In this document: positions 16,971 through 25,201 of the stretch, one piece after another
Numbering within the stretch: position 1 is the first letter of the stretch
How the letters are laid out: the number at the start of each line of letters is the position of its first letter
IMG/VR virus record: IMGVR_UViG_3300031820_000008
Coordinates: 1 to 46,358 of that record
Source of the DNA: a virus
Taxonomy: Duplodnaviria; Caudoviricetes
DNA length: 46,358 nt
Direction: 5' to 3' (one strand)
Made by a program: the position numbers and the translations under genes
Notes under the pieces: model-generated
The model's input: the letters and a program-made list of their open reading frames with translations, nothing else
The model's database searches: none
What the model was told of the DNA's origin: nothing

Positions 16971-18641
16971 TTAGTACCCCGTCAGTGCAGAGCGCGTTTC
17001 GTCTCCGCGGTCCGGCATGTAGTAGCGGTCGTGGCCCGAGTCACTAGTCTGAACACGCGCCGTGCCCATCAGCTCGATACACGCGGCGGCGGCGTCCAAC
17101 AGGTCCTTCAGGGGGAACAACGGAAACAGCTTCAATTCCTCCAGCAGGTCCTTCTGGTGCACCTGCACGTGGAGCATGTGCGACTCCACGTACGGGATGA
17201 GACTGCGGATCCGCGTCTCCTTATCGCCGATGGGTGGGTGCTCCAGCACGGGGAAGCGCCAGTTCTGCTCCATCATCTCGTGGTAGAGCGGGAACTTCAA
17301 CACGCGCTGAAAGGCTACGTCCTCAATCGCCGCGGTCTGTACGCTGAAACGGCGATGGAGGCTGATGTACCTGGAGAAGAGAAGGGTGGGATCCTTACGC
17401 TCTGCCCATGCAGCGAACACAAATAGCCGATCTTTTCGGTCTTTAGCGAGCACCACCATAGCGTTCCGTGAGCCCCGCTTCTTATCGTGGCTAGACATGG
17501 CGGGGTCCCAGAACAGAACGCGCTTGGTATACTCGAACGGGACCGTTTCATAGTCGCCTCCGCCATGGTCGATGCGGATGTTGCCCTCGTCATCGAACAT
17601 GAAGTAGCGCAGATCGGACGTTTTGAACTCAGCGAGGTCGGGGTCTTTTGGGTTGTTCAGGTACAACATGCTGTACATGAACGAACCTTGCTTCGCCCGC
17701 ACCCGTCTGCAGCTGTCCTCCGGAAACAGTTGCGGGAAAAAGTAGTAGGTGACGTCCGGGTCAGGCGCGTACACGGCGGGATCCATGTTCCAGATCGCTG
17801 GGATGGCGCTGATCTCCGCGTCCTTCATGTCGTTTTCGAGCTGTTCATGCGTCCAGTGCAGCGGTCGGACCAGGAACTGATAGGTCTCCGACTCGTCACG
17901 CATGATGTCCGCGTACACGTCGTCGACGCCCCACCGCGTCCCGATCAGGAGGTGGAACGCTTCCCGCTCGTTCACAAACAGGGCCTCCGACGCTCGGTAC
18001 AGAGATTTGACGCGGTCTCGCACGGCGGGTGACTCGAACGACTGCTTGTCCTCGATGTCGTCGTCCACTTGCACCGTGTAGTGGCGCGAAACGATGTGCG
18101 TGTCGATGCCTGCTGACTCGATCGTGTCCTCGCCGTAAACTCCATCGCGGGGGAAGAGTAGGTTGGAGTCGGTCCAAGTGGTCCGGCTCAGGTCCGGAAT
18201 GAGGGTGGGGTACAGCCACTTCAGCATCTCGTTACGTTCGATCTGCTGGCGTATGGCCTTAATCTGCTTGCGGGCGTTCTCCGAGGAGAAGGATTTCAGG
18301 AGGATCCTGTGCTCGCGGCCGGGCAGTCCGCAGAAGTCCTCCTGAATTAGGATCCACAACGGGAGGCTCTTGCTGCCCACGGTGCTCTTGTAACAGTCTC
18401 GGGGGATGAGCACGACTTTGCGGCGGTGCTCCGTGGACTGGATGAAGTTGCAAAGCTCCAGATGGGGACTACGTTGCAGCCTGTTGTACCCGAGGATGGC
18501 GGTAGTGAAGAAGAAGAGGGAGGCGCGGCCGTTCTCTTGGAACCGCGTGTACGTCTCGTCCGCCACGCTGGAGGTGGGTAGCTTGATGCCGAGCTGTTCG
18601 TGAAACAGCCGTTGCTCGGTGTTACGGGTGTAAATATCGAT
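16971..18641 (-). CDS. terL: Terminase large subunit
   Basis: Walker A-like IPRDCYKST, Walker B VQVDDDIED, coupling motif IGTRW..DD, nuclease motifs FWDPA and DLLDAAA. First GTG is at 18566, but the frame is open upstream and ATC at 18641 is proposed as the start. Confidence 0.9.
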   Translation of the reverse strand: MDIYTRNTEQRLFHEQLGIKLPTSSVADETYTRFQENGRASLFFFTTAILGYNRLQRSPHLELCNFIQSTEHRRKVVLIPRDCYKSTVGSKSLPLWILIQEDFCGLPGREHRILLKSFSSENARKQIKAIRQQIERNEMLKWLYPTLIPDLSRTTWTDSNLLFPRDGVYGEDTIESAGIDTHIVSRHYTVQVDDDIEDKQSFESPAVRDRVKSLYRASEALFVNEREAFHLLIGTRWGVDDVYADIMRDESETYQFLVRPLHWTHEQLENDMKDAEISAIPAIWNMDPAVYAPDPDVTYYFFPQLFPEDSCRRVRAKQGSFMYSMLYLNNPKDPDLAEFKTSDLRYFMFDDEGNIRIDHGGGDYETVPFEYTKRVLFWDPAMSSHDKKRGSRNAMVVLAKDRKDRLFVFAAWAERKDPTLLFSRYISLHRRFSVQTAAIEDVAFQRVLKFPLYHEMMEQNWRFPVLEHPPIGDKETRIRSLIPYVESHMLHVQVHQKDLLEELKLFPLFPLKDLLDAAAACIELMGTARVQTSDSGHDRYYMPDRGDETRSALTGY

Positions 18642-18654
18642 ACTTAGGTCCCGC

Positions 18655-18670
18655 CTTAGTACCTCTACAG
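18655..18670 (-). repeat. Junction element CTGTAGAGGTACTAAG (followed by GCGGGACC, as at 25047)
   Basis: Supplies the TAG stop of terS. Confidence 0.95.
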
Positions 18671-19213
18671 CCGTGGTACCACTTCACCCACGATCACCTC
18701 GCCCTGGGCCTCTTGCTCACGTGACAACAGGACGCGCATCGCCTCCTCCGTGATGACGAAGGTGGGAGCGCCACGCGAGACGTGTTTCTGTGCCGAGAAG
18801 CCCGCTCGGTCGAGCGCGTCATGCGCGATGTCCGTGAGGAGCTTGTTGTCGCTGGTCTGTTCCACGATCACCTGAAGACGTTCGAACATCTCTTCGGCGA
18901 AGTAGTTGATGTGATCCTGCAGCTGCTTCCGCTCACGCGGGGTTGGAAGCGGCATCGTAGGCGTGATCATGACGTTCTGCTGAGCGATACACCAGTTCTC
19001 GTACCGTTGGTACTCGGGCCGGCGAATCCACATGTGAACGGTGTTCGCGTTACGCCCGAGGGCTGTTGCGATCTCGGCGATGCTCAATGAGGGGTTCTCG
19101 ATCCGCGTCTTGGCGAGAAGCTTCCACTCCGTGCGGACCGGCTCCGGATAAGTGGCGATTTCGGCGTTCATCCTTGTGTGTCCCCCCGAGATTGGCCGCG
19201 GTGCCTGCGCCAT
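18665..19213 (-). CDS. Terminase small subunit (HTH)
   Basis: HTH SIAEIATALGRNANTVHMWIRRPEY and A.D.LDRAG motif; directly upstream of terL. Confidence 0.75.
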   Translation of the reverse strand: MAQAPRPISGGHTRMNAEIATYPEPVRTEWKLLAKTRIENPSLSIAEIATALGRNANTVHMWIRRPEYQRYENWCIAQQNVMITPTMPLPTPRERKQLQDHINYFAEEMFERLQVIVEQTSDNKLLTDIAHDALDRAGFSAQKHVSRGAPTFVITEEAMRVLLSREQEAQGEVIVGEVVPRL

Positions 19214-19218
19214 TCGGT

Positions 19219-19248
19219 ATTATACTACGGATGCCGATTGGACGGCAA
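19219..19248 (-). promoter_or_regulatory. Sigma70-type promoter for the virion operon
   Basis: TTGCCG-18 nt-TATAAT, ending 5 nt before the terS ATG. Confidence 0.65.
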
Positions 19249-19421
19249 CGGGCTGGATTTGAAAAACAATCGGGTCAATGACAATCACATCGGTTTTTGA
19301 CAGACCTAGTAACCTAAAGGTAGGAACTGGTTGTCCGGAGGTGTGGGGGTCCTAAAGGTGTAGGAGCAGAGCTGTGACTGGATTGATCGTGATTTGAGTT
19401 CGGGTGAAAGGTAGGTGTCAG

Positions 19422-19610
19422 ATGGCATCCAAGACGAAGCAGATTGCTGGCCTGGAGATGATGGAGCGAGATGTGAAGATGTTCGTGCGTCCAAGCAAGT
19501 CGCGGGAAGGTTGGTTACTCGTTGCGATCGAGAAGGATGGCGAGCTCAAGAAGTACATCATGAAGTCCGTCCCGAAGTGGTTCGACGAAGCAGCCCAAAT
19601 CGACTTCTAA
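19422..19610 (+). CDS. Small early-type protein, paralog A
   Basis: AGGTAGGTG SD; shares RDV.MF.R, GW.LVA.E, GEL...IM..VP.W and IDF with 19822-20022. Confidence 0.7.
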   Translation: MASKTKQIAGLEMMERDVKMFVRPSKSREGWLLVAIEKDGELKKYIMKSVPKWFDEAAQIDF

Positions 19611-19625
19611 CCAGGAGAACAGACA

Positions 19626-19739
19626 ATGGCTACTATCCTCGTTGCGTGGATGTTCGGAGTAGGAGTTGGGTTCGTCCTCTTTCCGCTACTCGGAGAGATG
19701 TACCGAGATTACCACAGAGAACAGCACAGAAGCAGATAA
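19626..19739 (+). CDS. 37-aa single-TM protein
   Basis: AGGAG SD; MATILVAWMFGVGVGFVLFPLLGEMYRDYHREQHRSR. Confidence 0.6.
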   Translation: MATILVAWMFGVGVGFVLFPLLGEMYRDYHREQHRSR

Positions 19740-19747
19740 CAGCAAGG

Positions 19748-19778
19748 GCCTGGGCAGAACACCGCCTGGGCTTTTTTT
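19748..19778 (+). terminator. Intrinsic terminator
   Basis: GCCTGGGC-8 nt-GCCTGGGC hairpin (with G-U pairs) followed by T7. Confidence 0.7.
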
Positions 19779-19821
19779 GTTGTGGTGTGATTTGGGGTTT
19801 TGTGAAGGGTGGTGATCTGAT

Positions 19822-20022
19822 ATGCCGGAGAAAGGACCCAAGGTCGTGAACATCGGCGATCTTGAGTTCGAACAACGTGACGTCACGATGTTCATCCGCG
19901 GAACTCCGAACGGATGGTATCTAGTAGCCCTCGAAGGTAAGAACGGCGAGCTTCGTCGTTTTATCATGCGAGAGGTTCCTAGCTGGATCCACGAACAAAC
20001 AAGTCAACCGATCGATTTTTAG
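19822..20022 (+). CDS. Small early-type protein, paralog B
   Basis: Clear similarity to 19422-19610. Confidence 0.7.
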   Translation: MPEKGPKVVNIGDLEFEQRDVTMFIRGTPNGWYLVALEGKNGELRRFIMREVPSWIHEQTSQPIDF

Positions 20023-20032
20023 GAGAACAATC

Positions 20033-20278
20033 ATGTCGAAGTATCCGTTCCCGTACACGTCGGTGGAAGCAGGGCAGAAGGACAACTGGAAGAAGATCAC
20101 TAACACCGGCTACACGCTCCAGCAGGTCCTCTCGGCGGGCTGGTACAACCTGATGAACCGCAAGGATCGGAACCTGGATCAGTCGGCGCTCAAGGAGATC
20201 CAGAAGAACGATCCGCAGTTCAAGGAGCTGATGGAGCGCGCGAGGCAGAAGGTGAAGGACGCGAAGGGCATCAAGTAG
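20033..20278 (+). CDS. Hypothetical basic protein
   Basis: AGGAG SD, strong codon bias, 81 aa. Confidence 0.7.
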   Translation: MSKYPFPYTSVEAGQKDNWKKITNTGYTLQQVLSAGWYNLMNRKDRNLDQSALKEIQKNDPQFKELMERARQKVKDAKGIK

Positions 20279-20290
20279 CGCTTCGCGCCT

Positions 20291-20326
20291 GGGGAACGCT
20301 TCACGCAAGTGGGGCGTTCCTCTTTT
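20291..20326 (+). terminator. Intrinsic terminator
   Basis: GGGGAACGCTTCAC-GCAA-GTGGGGCGTTCCTC followed by TTTT. Confidence 0.7.
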
Positions 20327-20339
20327 CTAGGAGAGACAG

Positions 20340-20585
20340 ATGAATGAGACCAAGCAGCAACTCGGCGAACGTACGTGGACGGCAGAGATCAAGCGCAACG
20401 TCGACAACGCTCAGTCGGCACTCCTCGAAGCGCTCAACCAGCGAGTCAGCGGGACGCTCATCGAAGCACTCGCGTTGGCGAACCGGATCAACCTCGCACG
20501 ACAGATCCTCGACGGACAGTACGACATCGAGAACATCTCGGCAACGATCGCCCAGGTGCCAGTAGAACGACAGAAGCAACTGTAG
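20340..20585 (+). CDS. Hypothetical helical protein
   Basis: AGGAG SD, 81 aa. Confidence 0.65.
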   Translation: MNETKQQLGERTWTAEIKRNVDNAQSALLEALNQRVSGTLIEALALANRINLARQILDGQYDIENISATIAQVPVERQKQL

Positions 20586-20592
20586 GGGCGAA

Positions 20593-20632
20593 CTACCAAT
20601 CCCATCGAAAGGTGGGGTTGGTAGCTTTTTTT
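20593..20632 (+). terminator. Strong intrinsic terminator
   Basis: 14-bp stem CTACCAATCCCATC/GGTGGGGTTGGTAG with GAAA loop, followed by T7. Confidence 0.85.
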
Positions 20633-20861
20633 GGCGGGAAGTTAGGGTAGATAGACAGGGCCGTGGTCCGCACTGCGCGCCTAACACGACTCGTCTACAT
20701 GTACGCCGGGCAACCGACTCAAATTGGTGTACAAAGTAGGTGGATCTGGCACGGAAACCCGACCTGTCTCCCCGAAGTTGGTCCGTCTGAGTCACGTTCG
20801 GCTTCTTGAATGATCGTTTCTTTAACTACGCATCCATGAACTTTCAGTTGTTACCAAGTGC

Positions 20862-21103
<242 letters not shown>

Positions 21104-21167
21104 CCACACTTTTTACCAAATACTCCATGCCTTCTTATCAAGTCCAATAACAATCCAAATTTGCACG

Positions 21168-21197
21168 TTGCTATTCAATAAACTCCTGTGGTATAAT
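21168..21197 (+). promoter_or_regulatory. Sigma70-type promoter
   Basis: TTGCTA-18 nt-TATAAT with extended TG; AAGGAG SD and ATG at 21218 follow. Confidence 0.7.
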
Positions 21198-21217
21198 ATA
21201 CCTTAAAGGAGCCACAC

Positions 21218-21781
21218 ATGCCAGTACCCCGTACCACGCCCGACGTTCTCCACTACATCACGGAGGAACTCCACGGTACCATCCTCGACTTCTACACCTC
21301 TAAGTCCTCCGCCTACGGTTCACGTCTCGTCCATCTCCCCGACCGCGTGCCAATGCCACTTCTCGACCTCCTCGCCATGAAACTCCACATCGGTTGGGAT
21401 CCTGTCACACACACCGTCGCGTGGGCAGACAAAGACCGCACCAATGAATCCTTCGACAACGTTCTCATCGTCGAGAAGACACACACCTCCGCACGTCCCA
21501 ATCGCAAATCAATCTACGGACTTCGCAGCGGTACTTCCGAATACCACAAAGCCTACTACGCAGCCAACAGAACTCGCATCCTCGAAGCCGCTCGTCAAAG
21601 CTACGCCGCTGGTCGCGCTGCGGTCGCCGCTGCTGGCCCTTCAGGCCCTTCGGGCAACGAACCAAAGGAGGTCAACAACAGCCAAGAGTTCTCAGCCGCC
21701 CTAGAAGAAAGCCTCTTCAAGATTATCGGAGGCGCTGCGCGCCCACACGAACAACCCGATGAAGGTAAAGACAACGCGTGA
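21218..21781 (+). CDS. Hypothetical protein with degenerate HNH-like segment
   Basis: VAWADKDRTNESFDNVLIV resembles the H.D.D..NN...NL HNH signature but lacks the His; followed by basic YHKAYYAANRTRI. Confidence 0.55.
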   Translation: MPVPRTTPDVLHYITEELHGTILDFYTSKSSAYGSRLVHLPDRVPMPLLDLLAMKLHIGWDPVTHTVAWADKDRTNESFDNVLIVEKTHTSARPNRKSIYGLRSGTSEYHKAYYAANRTRILEAARQSYAAGRAAVAAAGPSGPSGNEPKEVNNSQEFSAALEESLFKIIGGAARPHEQPDEGKDNA

Positions 21782-22112
21782 AGGCCTGGTCGGTGGTCAC
21801 ACCGCCACGGGCTGGATCATCGACACCAAGATGCCATTCGTCGCACTCCCGGCGCTCCGCGCCCTACGCCGTTTCGTCCGCGTCACTAACCCGGCGAACG
21901 GTCGCAGCTGCCTGGCCATCGTCCTGGACGTTGGTCCCTGGAACATCAACGACAACAACTACGTATTCCTCAAACACCGCCCCCAGGCCGAATCAGGCAT
22001 CGACACCACAGGTCGCTCCACCAACGGGGCAGGCATCGACCTGGGCGAAGCCGTTTGGGCCGCCCTGGGCCTGTCCGACAACACAGAAGTCGAATGGGAG
22101 TTCATCGAATAA
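21759..22112 (+). CDS. RlpA-like double-psi beta-barrel protein, probable endolysin (lytic transglycosylase)
   Basis: FVALP, VRVTNPANGRS...IVLDVGPW and IDLGEAVWAALG match the DPBB signature. Confidence 0.65.
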   Translation: MKVKTTREGLVGGHTATGWIIDTKMPFVALPALRALRRFVRVTNPANGRSCLAIVLDVGPWNINDNNYVFLKHRPQAESGIDTTGRSTNGAGIDLGEAVWAALGLSDNTEVEWEFIE

Positions 22113-22114
22113 CT

Positions 22115-22127
22115 GTAGAGGTACTAA
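22115..22127 (+). repeat. Junction element GTAGAGGTACTAA followed by GGGAGG SD
   Basis: Between the endolysin stop and ATG 22138. Confidence 0.95.
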
Positions 22128-22137
22128 GGGAGGACGA

Positions 22138-22263
22138 ATGACTCCACTTATCGTAGGGTTCATCACGGGAGCAGTGATACTGTTCCTTATCTACTGCCCA
22201 ATATTCAAACCGTGGTTCGGGTTCCGTAAACCCAAAGACCATAAAGGAAAGTGGTTCCAGTAA
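22138..22263 (+). CDS. 41-aa single-TM protein with basic tail (holin/antiholin-like)
   Basis: MTPLIVGFITGAVILFLIYCPIFKPWFGFRKPKDHKGKWFQ; GGGAGG SD; adjacent to the endolysin-like gene. Confidence 0.6.
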   Translation: MTPLIVGFITGAVILFLIYCPIFKPWFGFRKPKDHKGKWFQ

Positions 22264-22280
22264 GCCCTTCGGGCTCCGTG

Positions 22281-22302
22281 TAGCTAACTGTAGAGGTACT
22301 AA
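22281..22302 (+). repeat. Junction element TAGCTAACTGTAGAGGTACTAA followed by GGGAGG SD
   Basis: Upstream of ATG 22314. Confidence 0.95.
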
Positions 22303-22313
22303 GGGAGGTACAA

Positions 22314-22526
22314 ATGAACGAACAACAACAGTCTCAGATCCACACCGCGCTCCGCACCGCCGCCCCGCAACAGCTCCAATCGTTCGCCATGGGGCTACCC
22401 ACCAACGTCCTGCTCGCCCTGCTCCGCCACTGGCTCTCCTCAGATCAGGGCAAGGCCTTCCTGCTGTCCCTCATCCAGAAGGCCATTGACGCCGCCCTCC
22501 TCAAGCCTTCGGACACAGTCCAATGA
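22314..22526 (+). CDS. Hypothetical protein
   Basis: GGGAGGT SD, 70 aa, ATGA-coupled to the next gene. Confidence 0.65.
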   Translation: MNEQQQSQIHTALRTAAPQQLQSFAMGLPTNVLLALLRHWLSSDQGKAFLLSLIQKAIDAALLKPSDTVQ

Positions 22527-23671
22527 GCGACCGCACCATCCTCACCATCGTCTACAACTCTGATGGCCAGCCTGTGCCTGGCGCCACCGTCAAGATCGAC
22601 GACGCCACCCTTCACACGGGCACCACGGACGCGTCCGGGTTCTGCCCTCTACAGGTCTCCGCGATCCCAGCCTCGCACCTCTGGATCACCGCCCCTGGCT
22701 ACATCGACTACTCCCATCACCTCGACCTTCCCCTCACGAACGTGCAGATCCGCGTTGGTTACCCGCCTGACCCCGATCGACCTACGGACGTTCTCCTCCC
22801 GCCTCTTCAGGCCACAACTCCAACGCCCGACCCGGGCACCATCCGCCCGCTAACCTCCGAAGGCGTCACCATACGTGACGTCGAAACAGGCGACCGGGTC
22901 TCGCTCTGCGGCTACGACCAGTTCACCGCCCTGCACGCGACCCTGCACGGAACCGACCTCACGCCGTTCATCACCGAAACCCAAGCGATCGGGTTCAACA
23001 TGTGGCGCGTGTTCGGCGAAGCCTCGTCCACGGAGAACGGCTACTACACCCTGGACCCGCACACACCCGGTTACTACGACGCACTAGACAGCCTCGCGCA
23101 GCAACTACACACCGCCGGGATCTACCTCCTCTTCACCACGTACGCCGACAACCAAGTCTTGCACTGCAGCCTCGAACACTGGTACAAGTGCGCCGAAGTC
23201 CTACGCCCCTACCAAGAAGGCGTCTTCCTCAGCGGCGGTAACCAATACCAGAAGAACGGCTGGGATCCGTACGGTCTACCTGACCCCCACATAAAGTGGT
23301 GGTCACGCGGCTCCAGCACCGAGGACGACCAGAACCCCGTCCCGCCAAATGGCGCCACGTTCGCGGAGTTCCACCCACGACGCGATTACCCCAAAGCCCT
23401 GGACGACACAGTCGCCTCCGCCACAAACCTGCAATACACTAAACACTTCAACGTACCACTCCTCATCACCGAACCTCCACGCATGGGGGAAGACGGCTCC
23501 GGCACGCCATACCTCGACCCCCAAATCTGTTGGCAGTTCGCTCGTCACTACAGCACGCAATGTGCAGGCGCCGTTCTACACATGCGACCCGGACAGAAAG
23601 GTACCCTCATCGATCCCAACTCCGCCTGCGACCGCATCGCAGCCGCTTGGGTCGCGGCCTTTGCCCTGTAG
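22523..23671 (+). CDS. Ig-like (carboxypeptidase-regulatory-type) domain plus clan GH-A glycoside hydrolase-like TIM barrel
   Basis: N-terminal GQPVPGATV...GTTDASG...APGY; then GFNMWRVF, GIYLLFT, GGNQY and PLLITEP. Confidence 0.6.
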   Translation: MSDRTILTIVYNSDGQPVPGATVKIDDATLHTGTTDASGFCPLQVSAIPASHLWITAPGYIDYSHHLDLPLTNVQIRVGYPPDPDRPTDVLLPPLQATTPTPDPGTIRPLTSEGVTIRDVETGDRVSLCGYDQFTALHATLHGTDLTPFITETQAIGFNMWRVFGEASSTENGYYTLDPHTPGYYDALDSLAQQLHTAGIYLLFTTYADNQVLHCSLEHWYKCAEVLRPYQEGVFLSGGNQYQKNGWDPYGLPDPHIKWWSRGSSTEDDQNPVPPNGATFAEFHPRRDYPKALDDTVASATNLQYTKHFNVPLLITEPPRMGEDGSGTPYLDPQICWQFARHYSTQCAGAVLHMRPGQKGTLIDPNSACDRIAAAWVAAFAL

Positions 23672-23690
23672 CTCTCTGTAGAGGTACTAA
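23669..23690 (+). repeat. Junction element TAGCTCTCTGTAGAGGTACTAA followed by GGGAGG SD
   Basis: The first TAG is the upstream stop; ATG at 23701. Confidence 0.95.
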
Positions 23691-23700
23691 GGGAGGACGA

Positions 23701-25050
23701 ATGACGAATGACGAAATGGTAAAGCAACTCGATATCGCAATCGACGCCACCATCTCCGTCCGCAACGCGCTGGCCGGGCCTCCGGCTAACACCATCAAGG
23801 TGCCCCTCGGCGCCAGCCTGCAGGCCGCCATCGACTCAGCTCCGGCCAACAGCACCCTCCAACTCGAGGACGGCACATACCCTGGCGCGATCCGCCTCAC
23901 GAAGGCCCTTCAGTTCATCGGGGCCAACCCACCTGCCGCAGGCCGCGCCACACACGACACCGCTCACTCCTGGATCACCTCCTCCGACACTGATACCATC
24001 ACAGTCACCAACACAACCGACCCCGTCAAGTTCACAGGCATTGGCTTCCGTAACAGCAACGCCTCCGGCGGCCTCGTCAACCACCTCGGCTCCCACCTCG
24101 TCCTGGACCGCTGTGTCGGCCTAGGCGACCCGACCAACGGCCAACGACGCGGCATGATCATGAACGGCTCCGATTGGTCCGTCCTCGGGAACTACTGGGA
24201 CGACATTATCCTCAGCAGCAAAGAAACCGTCGTCCTTGGAGGCTGGGACGGCACACGTGACGGCCTCATCGACGACTGCTACCTACGCGGTGGCAGCATC
24301 ACCGTCATGTTCGGCGGCGCCGACTCCAAATCCGCCGATCGCATTCCCACGAACATCACCATTCGCAACTCCACCCTGACCAAGAACCCCGCCTGGTTCG
24401 CAGCCGGGCGCCAGATCAAGAACGCCTTCGAACTCAAGTCCGCCATCAACGTCACCATGCGGGGCTGCATCCTCGAGTACGCGGGCCTCGCCGAAGGCCA
24501 AGGCGCGTACTGCCTCCTGTTCACCGTCCGTAACCAGGACGGGACCGCGCCCTGGTCGTGCGTCAAGAACGTCCTTATCGAGAACTGTACCGGCCGCTAC
24601 TGTGCAGGCGCCATCAGCTTCCTCGGCTTCGACGATAACCACCAATCCGACATCCTCGACAACGTCACCATCCGTAACTGCACCTTCACTGACATCACAC
24701 GTGACGGGCCCTGGACGTACACTGACGCCTCCGGCGCCGTTCACACAGGCTCAGGCCGCGTCACGCTCTTCAATAACGCTCCAGCCCACGTCACGCTCGA
24801 AGCCCTCACCTTCGCTCCTGGCCCCAACGCTAACCTACAGGCGCTCGGCTACTTCCCGCCTGCCAACCACACTCCCAAGCTGGAGCCCGTCGCCCTCACG
24901 CTCCGTAACTGGAAGTACCCACCGACCACCTACGGATGGAAGATTGACGCGGGCCCCCTAGACACACCGCCATCCTCCACGCACCTGCAGGCGTACATGC
25001 CCGATCTCACGTACGCCATCACCGCCACCGATCCCGGTAGCTCTCTGTAG
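23701..25050 (+). CDS. Right-handed parallel beta-helix (pectin lyase-like) protein, putative polysaccharide depolymerase
   Basis: SLQAAIDSA.....L.L..GTY.G cap and repeated NITIRNS / NVLIENC / NVTIRNC coils; KNAFELKSA...RNQDG.APW. Confidence 0.75.
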   Translation: MTNDEMVKQLDIAIDATISVRNALAGPPANTIKVPLGASLQAAIDSAPANSTLQLEDGTYPGAIRLTKALQFIGANPPAAGRATHDTAHSWITSSDTDTITVTNTTDPVKFTGIGFRNSNASGGLVNHLGSHLVLDRCVGLGDPTNGQRRGMIMNGSDWSVLGNYWDDIILSSKETVVLGGWDGTRDGLIDDCYLRGGSITVMFGGADSKSADRIPTNITIRNSTLTKNPAWFAAGRQIKNAFELKSAINVTMRGCILEYAGLAEGQGAYCLLFTVRNQDGTAPWSCVKNVLIENCTGRYCAGAISFLGFDDNHQSDILDNVTIRNCTFTDITRDGPWTYTDASGAVHTGSGRVTLFNNAPAHVTLEALTFAPGPNANLQALGYFPPANHTPKLEPVALTLRNWKYPPTTYGWKIDAGPLDTPPSSTHLQAYMPDLTYAITATDPGSSL

Positions 25051-25059
25051 AGGTACTAA
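25038..25059 (+). repeat. Junction element TAGCTCTCTGTAGAGGTACTAA
   Basis: Encodes the last codons and the TAG stop of the beta-helix gene. Confidence 0.95.
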
Positions 25060-25070
25060 GGCGGGACCGA

Positions 25071-25102
25071 TAGAACACGCCCGTTCCTTAGGGCGTGTTC
25101 TA
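25071..25102. terminator. Perfect 12-bp hairpin (terminator or operator)
   Basis: TAGAACACGCCC-8 nt-GGGCGTGTTCTA; no clear U-tract. Confidence 0.5.
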
Positions 25103-25116
25103 CGTATCCAACCGAG

Positions 25117-25145
25117 TTGATTTAAGTTCCTAAATATGGTATAAT
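25117..25145 (+). promoter_or_regulatory. Sigma70-type promoter
   Basis: TTGATT-17 nt-TATAAT with extended TG. Confidence 0.75.
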
Positions 25146-25201
25146 TCCTTTATAAAATGAAGGTTTCCACACCACACACCCACACTCACAAGGAGGCCCA
25201 C

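Noticed and set aside
25-18603. Many long plus-strand ORFs opposite the virion genes (e.g. 1089-1958, 6847-7626, 15020-15955)
   Set aside because: Antisense shadows of GC-rich coding sequence, with no motifs or SDs.
23530-23700. TTG 23530 as the start of the beta-helix gene
   Set aside because: It overlaps the upstream gene; the strong GGGAGG SD points to ATG 23701.
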